NCBI GenBank assembly: GCA_964016885.1
Contig: OZ024740.1
Span: 40,176,001 to 40,240,000 of the forward strand
DNA from: Eledone cirrhosa
Lineage: Eukaryota
Length of the DNA: 64,000 bases
Direction: 5' to 3'
In this document: positions 57,901 to 64,000 of the stretch, piece after piece
Position numbering within the stretch: position 1 is the stretch's first letter
How the letters are laid out: every line of letters starts with the position of its first letter
Made by a program: the position numbers and the translations under genes
Notes under the pieces: generated by a model
The model's input: the letters and a program-made list of their open reading frames with translations, nothing else
Database searches by the model: none
What the model was told of the DNA's origin: nothing

Positions 57901-60900
57901 AACAATAATACACAGACCATCACCATCACTAATATAATGATATATACCTAGACAATGTAGAACATTCAACAATAATACACAGACCATCACCATCACTACC
58001 ACAATGATATATACCTAGACAATGTAGAACATTCAACAATAATACACAGACCATCACCATCAATACCACAATGATATATACCTAGACAATGTAGAACATT
58101 CTCCCATAATACACAGACCATCACCATCACTAGTACAATGATATATACCTAGACAATGTAGAACATTCTCCAATAATAAGCAGACCATCACCATCACTAG
58201 AACAATGATATATACCTAGACAATGTAGAACATGCTGCAATAATACAGACCATCACCATCACTAGTACAATGATATATAGCTAGACAATGTAGAACACTC
58301 ACCAATAATACACAGACCATCACCATCACTAGCACAATGATATATACCTAGACAATGTAGAACACTCACCAATAATACACAGACCATCACCATCACTAGT
58401 ACAATGATATATACCTAGACATGTAGAACATTCTCCAATAATACACAGACCATCACCATCACTAGCACAATGATATATACCTAGACAATGTAGAACATTC
58501 AACAATAATACACAGACCATCACCATCACTAGCACAATGATATATACCTAGACAATGTAGAACACTCACCAATAATACACAGACCATCACCATCACTACC
58601 ACAATGATATATACCTATACAATGTAGAACATTCTCCAAAAATACGCAGACAATACCCATCACTACCACAATGATATATACCTAGACAATGTAGAACATT
58701 CACCAATAATACACAAACCATCACCATCACTAGCACAATGATATATACCTAGACAATGGAGAACATTCTCCAATAATACACAGACCATCACCATCACTAG
58801 TAAAATGATATATACCTAGACAATGTAGAACATTCTCCAATAATACACAGACCATCACCATCACTAGCACAATGATATATACCTAGACAATGTAGAACAC
58901 TCACCAATAATACACAGACCATCACCATCAGTAGTACAATGATATATACCTAGACAATGTAGAACATTCTCCAATAATACACAGACCATCACCATCACTA
59001 GCACAATGATATATACCTAGACAATGTAGAACATTCTCCAATAATACACAGACCATCACCATCGCTAGCACAATGATATATACCTAGACAATGTAGAACA
59101 TTCTCCAATAATACACAGACCATCACCATCACTAGCACAATGATATATACCTAGACAATGTAGAACACTCACCAATAATACACAGACCATCACCATCACT
59201 AGCACAATGATATATACCTAGACAATGTAGAACATTCTCCAATAATACACAGACCATCACCATCACTAGCACAATGATATATACCTAGACAATGTAGAAC
59301 ACTCACCAATAATACACAGACCATCACCATCACTAGTACAATGATATATACCTAGACAATGTAGAACATTCTCCAATAATACGCAGACCATCACCATCAC
59401 TAGTACAATGATATATACCTAGACAATGTAGAACATTCTCCAATAATACAGAGACCATCACCATCACTAGTACAATGATATATACCTAGACAATGTAGAA
59501 CATTCTCCAATAATACACAGACCATCACCATCACTAGTACAATGATATATACCTAGACAATGTAGAACATTCTCCAATAATACACAGACCATCACCATCA
59601 CTAGTACAATGATATATACCTAGACAATGTAGAACATTCTCCAATAATACACAGACCATCACCATCACTAGCACAATGATATATACCTAGACAATGTAGA
59701 ACACTCACCAATAATACACAGACCATCACCATCACTAGTACAATGATATATACCTAGACAATGTAGAACATTCTCCAATAATACGCAGACCATCACCATC
59801 ACTAGTACAATGATATATACCTAGACAACGTAGAACATTCTCCAAAAATACACAGACCATCACCGTCACTAGCACAATGATATATACCTAGACAATGTAG
59901 AACACTCAACAATAATACACAGACCATCACCATCACTAGTACAATGATATATACCTAAACAATGTAGAACATTCTCCAAAAATACAGACCATCACCATCA
60001 CTAACACAATGATATATACCTAGACAATGTAGAACATTCTCCAATAATACACAGACCATCAGCACCACTAGCACAATGATATATACCTAGACAATGTAGA
60101 ACATTCTCCAATAATACACAGACCATCACCATCACTAGTACAATGATATATACCTAGACAATGTAGAACATTCAACAATAATACACAGACCATCACCATC
60201 ACTACCACAATGATATATACCTAGACAATGTAGAACATTCTCCAATAATACACAGACCATCACCATCACTAGCACAATGATATATACCTAGACAATGTAG
60301 AACACTCACCAATAATACACAGACCATCACCATCACTACCACAATGATATATACCTATACAATGTAGAACATTCTCCAAAAATATGCAGACAATCACCAT
60401 CACTACCACAATGATATATACCTAGACAATGTAGAACATTCACCAATAATACACAGACCATCACCATCACTAGTACAATGATATATACCTAGACAATGTA
60501 GAACATTCACCAATAATACACAGACCATCACCATCACTAGCACAATGATATATACCTAGACAATGGAGAACATTCTCCAATAATACACAGCCTATCACCA
60601 TCACTAGCACAATGATATATACCTAGACAATGTAGAACATTCACCAATAATACACAGACCATCACCATCACTAGCACAATGATATATACCTAGACAATGT
60701 AGAACATTCACCAATAATACACAGACCATCACCATCACTAGTAGAATGATATATACCTAGACAATGTAGAACATTCACCAATAATACACAGACCATCACC
60801 ATCACTAGTAGAATGATATATACCTAGACAATGTAGAACATTCACCAATAATACACAGACCATCACCATCACTAGCACAATGATATATACCTAGAAAATG

Positions 60901-63900
60901 TAGAACATTCTCCAATAATACACAGACCATCACCATCACTAGCACAATGATATATACCTAGACAATGTAGAACATTCAACAATAATACACAGACCATCAC
61001 CATCACTAGCACAATGATATATACCTAGACAATGTAGAACACTCACCAATAATACACAGACCATCACCATCACTACCACAATGATATATACCTATACAAT
61101 GTAGAACATTCTCCAAAAATACGCAGACAATCCCCATCACTACCACAATGATATATACCTAGACAATGTAGAACATTCACCAATAATACACAGACCATCA
61201 CCATCACTAGCACAATGATATATACCTAGACAATGGAGAACATTCTCCAATAATACACAGACCATCACCATCACTAGCAAAATGATATATACCTAGACAA
61301 TGTAGAACATTTTCCAATAATACACAGACCATCACCATCACTAGCACAATGATATATACCTAGACAATGTAGAACACTCACCAATAATACACAGACCATC
61401 ACCATCACTAGTACAATGATATATACCTAGACAATGTAGAACATTCTCCAATAATACACAGACCATCACCATCACTAGCACAATGATATATACCTAGACA
61501 ATGTAGAACATTCTCCAATAATACACAGACCATCACCATCACTAGCACAATAATATATACCTAGACAATGTAGAACATTCTCCAATAATACACAGACCAT
61601 CACCATCACTAGCACAATGATATATACCTAGACAATGTAGAACACTCACCAATAATACACAGACCATCACCATCACTAGCACAATGATATATACCTAGAC
61701 AATGTAGAACATTCTCCAATAATACACAGACCATCACCATCACTAGCACAATGATATATACCTAGACAATGTAGAACACTCACCAATAATACACAGACCA
61801 TCACCATCACTAGTACAATGATATATACCTAGACAATGTAGAACATTCTCCAATAATACACAGACCATCACCATCACTAGTACAATGATATATACCTAGA
61901 CAATGTAGAACATTCTCCAATAATACGCAGACCATCACCATCACTAGTACAATGATATATACCTAGACAATGTAGAACATTCTCCAATAATACACAGACC
62001 ATCACCATCACTAGCACAATGATATATACCTAGACAATGTAGAACACTCACCAATAATACACAGACCATCACCATCACTACCACAATGATATATACCTAT
62101 ACAATGTAGAACATTCTCCAAAAATACGCAGACAATCACCATCACTACCACAATGATATATACCTAGACAATGTAGAACATTCACCAATAATACACAGAC
62201 CATCACCATCACTAGCACAATGATATATACCTAGACAATGGAGAACATTCTCCAATAATACACAGACCATCACCATCACTAGCAAAATGATATATACCTA
62301 GACAATGTAGAACATTCTCCAATAATACACAGACCATCACCATCACTAGCACAATGATATATACCTAGACAATGTAGAACACTCACCAATAATACACAGA
62401 CCATGACCATCACTAGTACAATGATATATACCTAGACAATGTAGAACATTCTCCAATAATACACAGACCATCACCATCACTAGCACAATGATATATACCT
62501 AGACAATGTAGAACATTCTCCAATAATACACAGACCATCACCATCACTAGCACAATGATATATACCTAGACAATGTAGAACATTCTCCAATAATACACAG
62601 ACCATCACCATCACTAGCACAATGATATATACCTAGACAATGTAGAACACTCACCAATAATACACAGACCATCACCATCACTAGCACAATGATATATACC
62701 TAGACAATGTAGAATATTCTCCAATAATACACAGACCATCACCATCACTAGCACAATGATATATACCTAGACAATGTAGAACACTCACCAATAATACACA
62801 GACCATCACCATCACTAGTACAATGATATATACCTAGACAATGTAGAACATTCTCCAATAATACGCAGACTATCACCATCACTAGTACAATGATATATAC
62901 CTAGACAATGTAGAACATTCTCCAATAATACACAGACCATCACCATCACTAGTACAATGATATATACCTAGACAATGTAGAACATTCTCCAATAATACAC
63001 AGACCATCACCATCACTAGTACAATGATATATACCTAGACAATGTAGAACATTCTCCAATAATACACAGACCATCACCATCACTAGTACAATGATATATA
63101 CCTAGACAATGTAGAACATTCTCCAATAATACACAGACCATCACCATCACTAGCACAATGATGTATACCTAGACAATGTAGAACACTCACCAATAATACA
63201 CAGACCATCACCATCACTAGTACAATGATATATACCTAGACAATGTAGAACATTCTCCAATAATACGCAGACCATCACCATCACTAGTACAATGATATAT
63301 ACCTAGACAATGTAGAACATTCTCCAATAATACACAGACCATCACCATCACTAGTACAATGATATATACCTAGACAATGTAGAACATTCTCCAATAATAC
63401 ACAGACCATCACCATCACTAGTACAAGGATATATACCTAGACAATGTAGAACATTCTCCAATAATACACAGACCATCACTAGTACAATGATATATACCTA
63501 GACAATGTAGAACATTCTTCAATAATACACAGACCATCACCATCACTAGCACAATGATATATACCTATACAATGTAGAACACTCACCAATAATACACAGA
63601 CCATCACCATCACTAGTACAATGATATATACCTAGACAATGTAGAACATTCTCCAATAATACGCAGACCATCACCATCACTAGTACAATGATATATACCT
63701 AGACAATGTAGAACACTCAACAATAATACACAGACCATCACCATCACTAGCACAATGATATATAGCTAAACAATGTAGAACATTCTCCAATAATACACAG
63801 ACCATCACCATCACTAGTACAATGATATATACCTAGACAATGTAGAACATTCTCCAAAAATACGCAGACCATCACCATCACTAGCACAATGATATATACC

Positions 63901-64000
63901 TAGACAATGTAGAACATTCTCCAATAATACACAAACCATCACCATCACTAGCACAATGATATATACCTAGACAATGTAAAACACTCACCAATAATACTCA
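24955..64000. repeat. 67-bp tandem satellite (~580 monomers), consensus CAGACCATCACCATCACTAG(C/T)ACAATGATATATACCTAGACAATGTAGAACATTCTCCAATAATACA; truncated by the right window edge
   Basis: Read directly; period measured as 67 (atatatacct at 25861 and 25928). No non-satellite insertion was seen in 39 kb. Confidence 0.99.

Noticed and set aside
25047-58535. The 14 minus-strand 61-68 aa ORFs (e.g. MLVMVMVCVLLENVLHCLGIYHC...) as a peptide gene family
   Set aside because: They are translations of the 67-bp monomer cycling through three frames. They pass the length cut-off only where a SNP or small indel removes a TAG, and recur only because of higher-order duplications.
24955-64000. CRISPR-like array (also considered for 1-16696 and 24105-24640)
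   Set aside because: No unique spacers, no cas genes, and a eukaryotic spliced-gene context.

Overview
This is eukaryotic (animal) DNA; the repeat families suggest a mollusc, possibly an octopod cephalopod, but that is inference only. About 87% of the window is two tandem satellites: a 29-bp array (1-16696) and a 67-bp array (24955-64000), both running off the window edges and both with multi-kb higher-order duplications. The 8.2-kb island between them holds five short minus-strand GT-AG exons missed by the ORF track. They splice in frame to a ROGDI (rogdi/Rav2 family) homologue fragment: DDSTVCHIKPQRILLSGPNGTAHIKCVLTLFGDNITEADINFKHKQGNHHSLFKTSIHQSLPWKLQQIQDAYNHLKSASYCIALKENYEFKSVREVTLFIDEVMESIKKGRTCLTFPRRKSVEELLNNQNM. 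Both protein ends are missing, so both satellites probably lie inside giant introns (>39 kb and >18 kb). The short introns carry RTE-clade LINE fragments in both orientations, a Vingi/Ingi-like LINE, a hAT MITE and minisatellites. The most intriguing (speculative) signal: on the gene's sense strand nearly every 67-bp monomer contains a TAG|GT recursive-splice-like site, and a recurrent variant adds a consensus GTGAGT donor exactly 45 nt downstream, defining an in-frame, stop-free cryptic exon.
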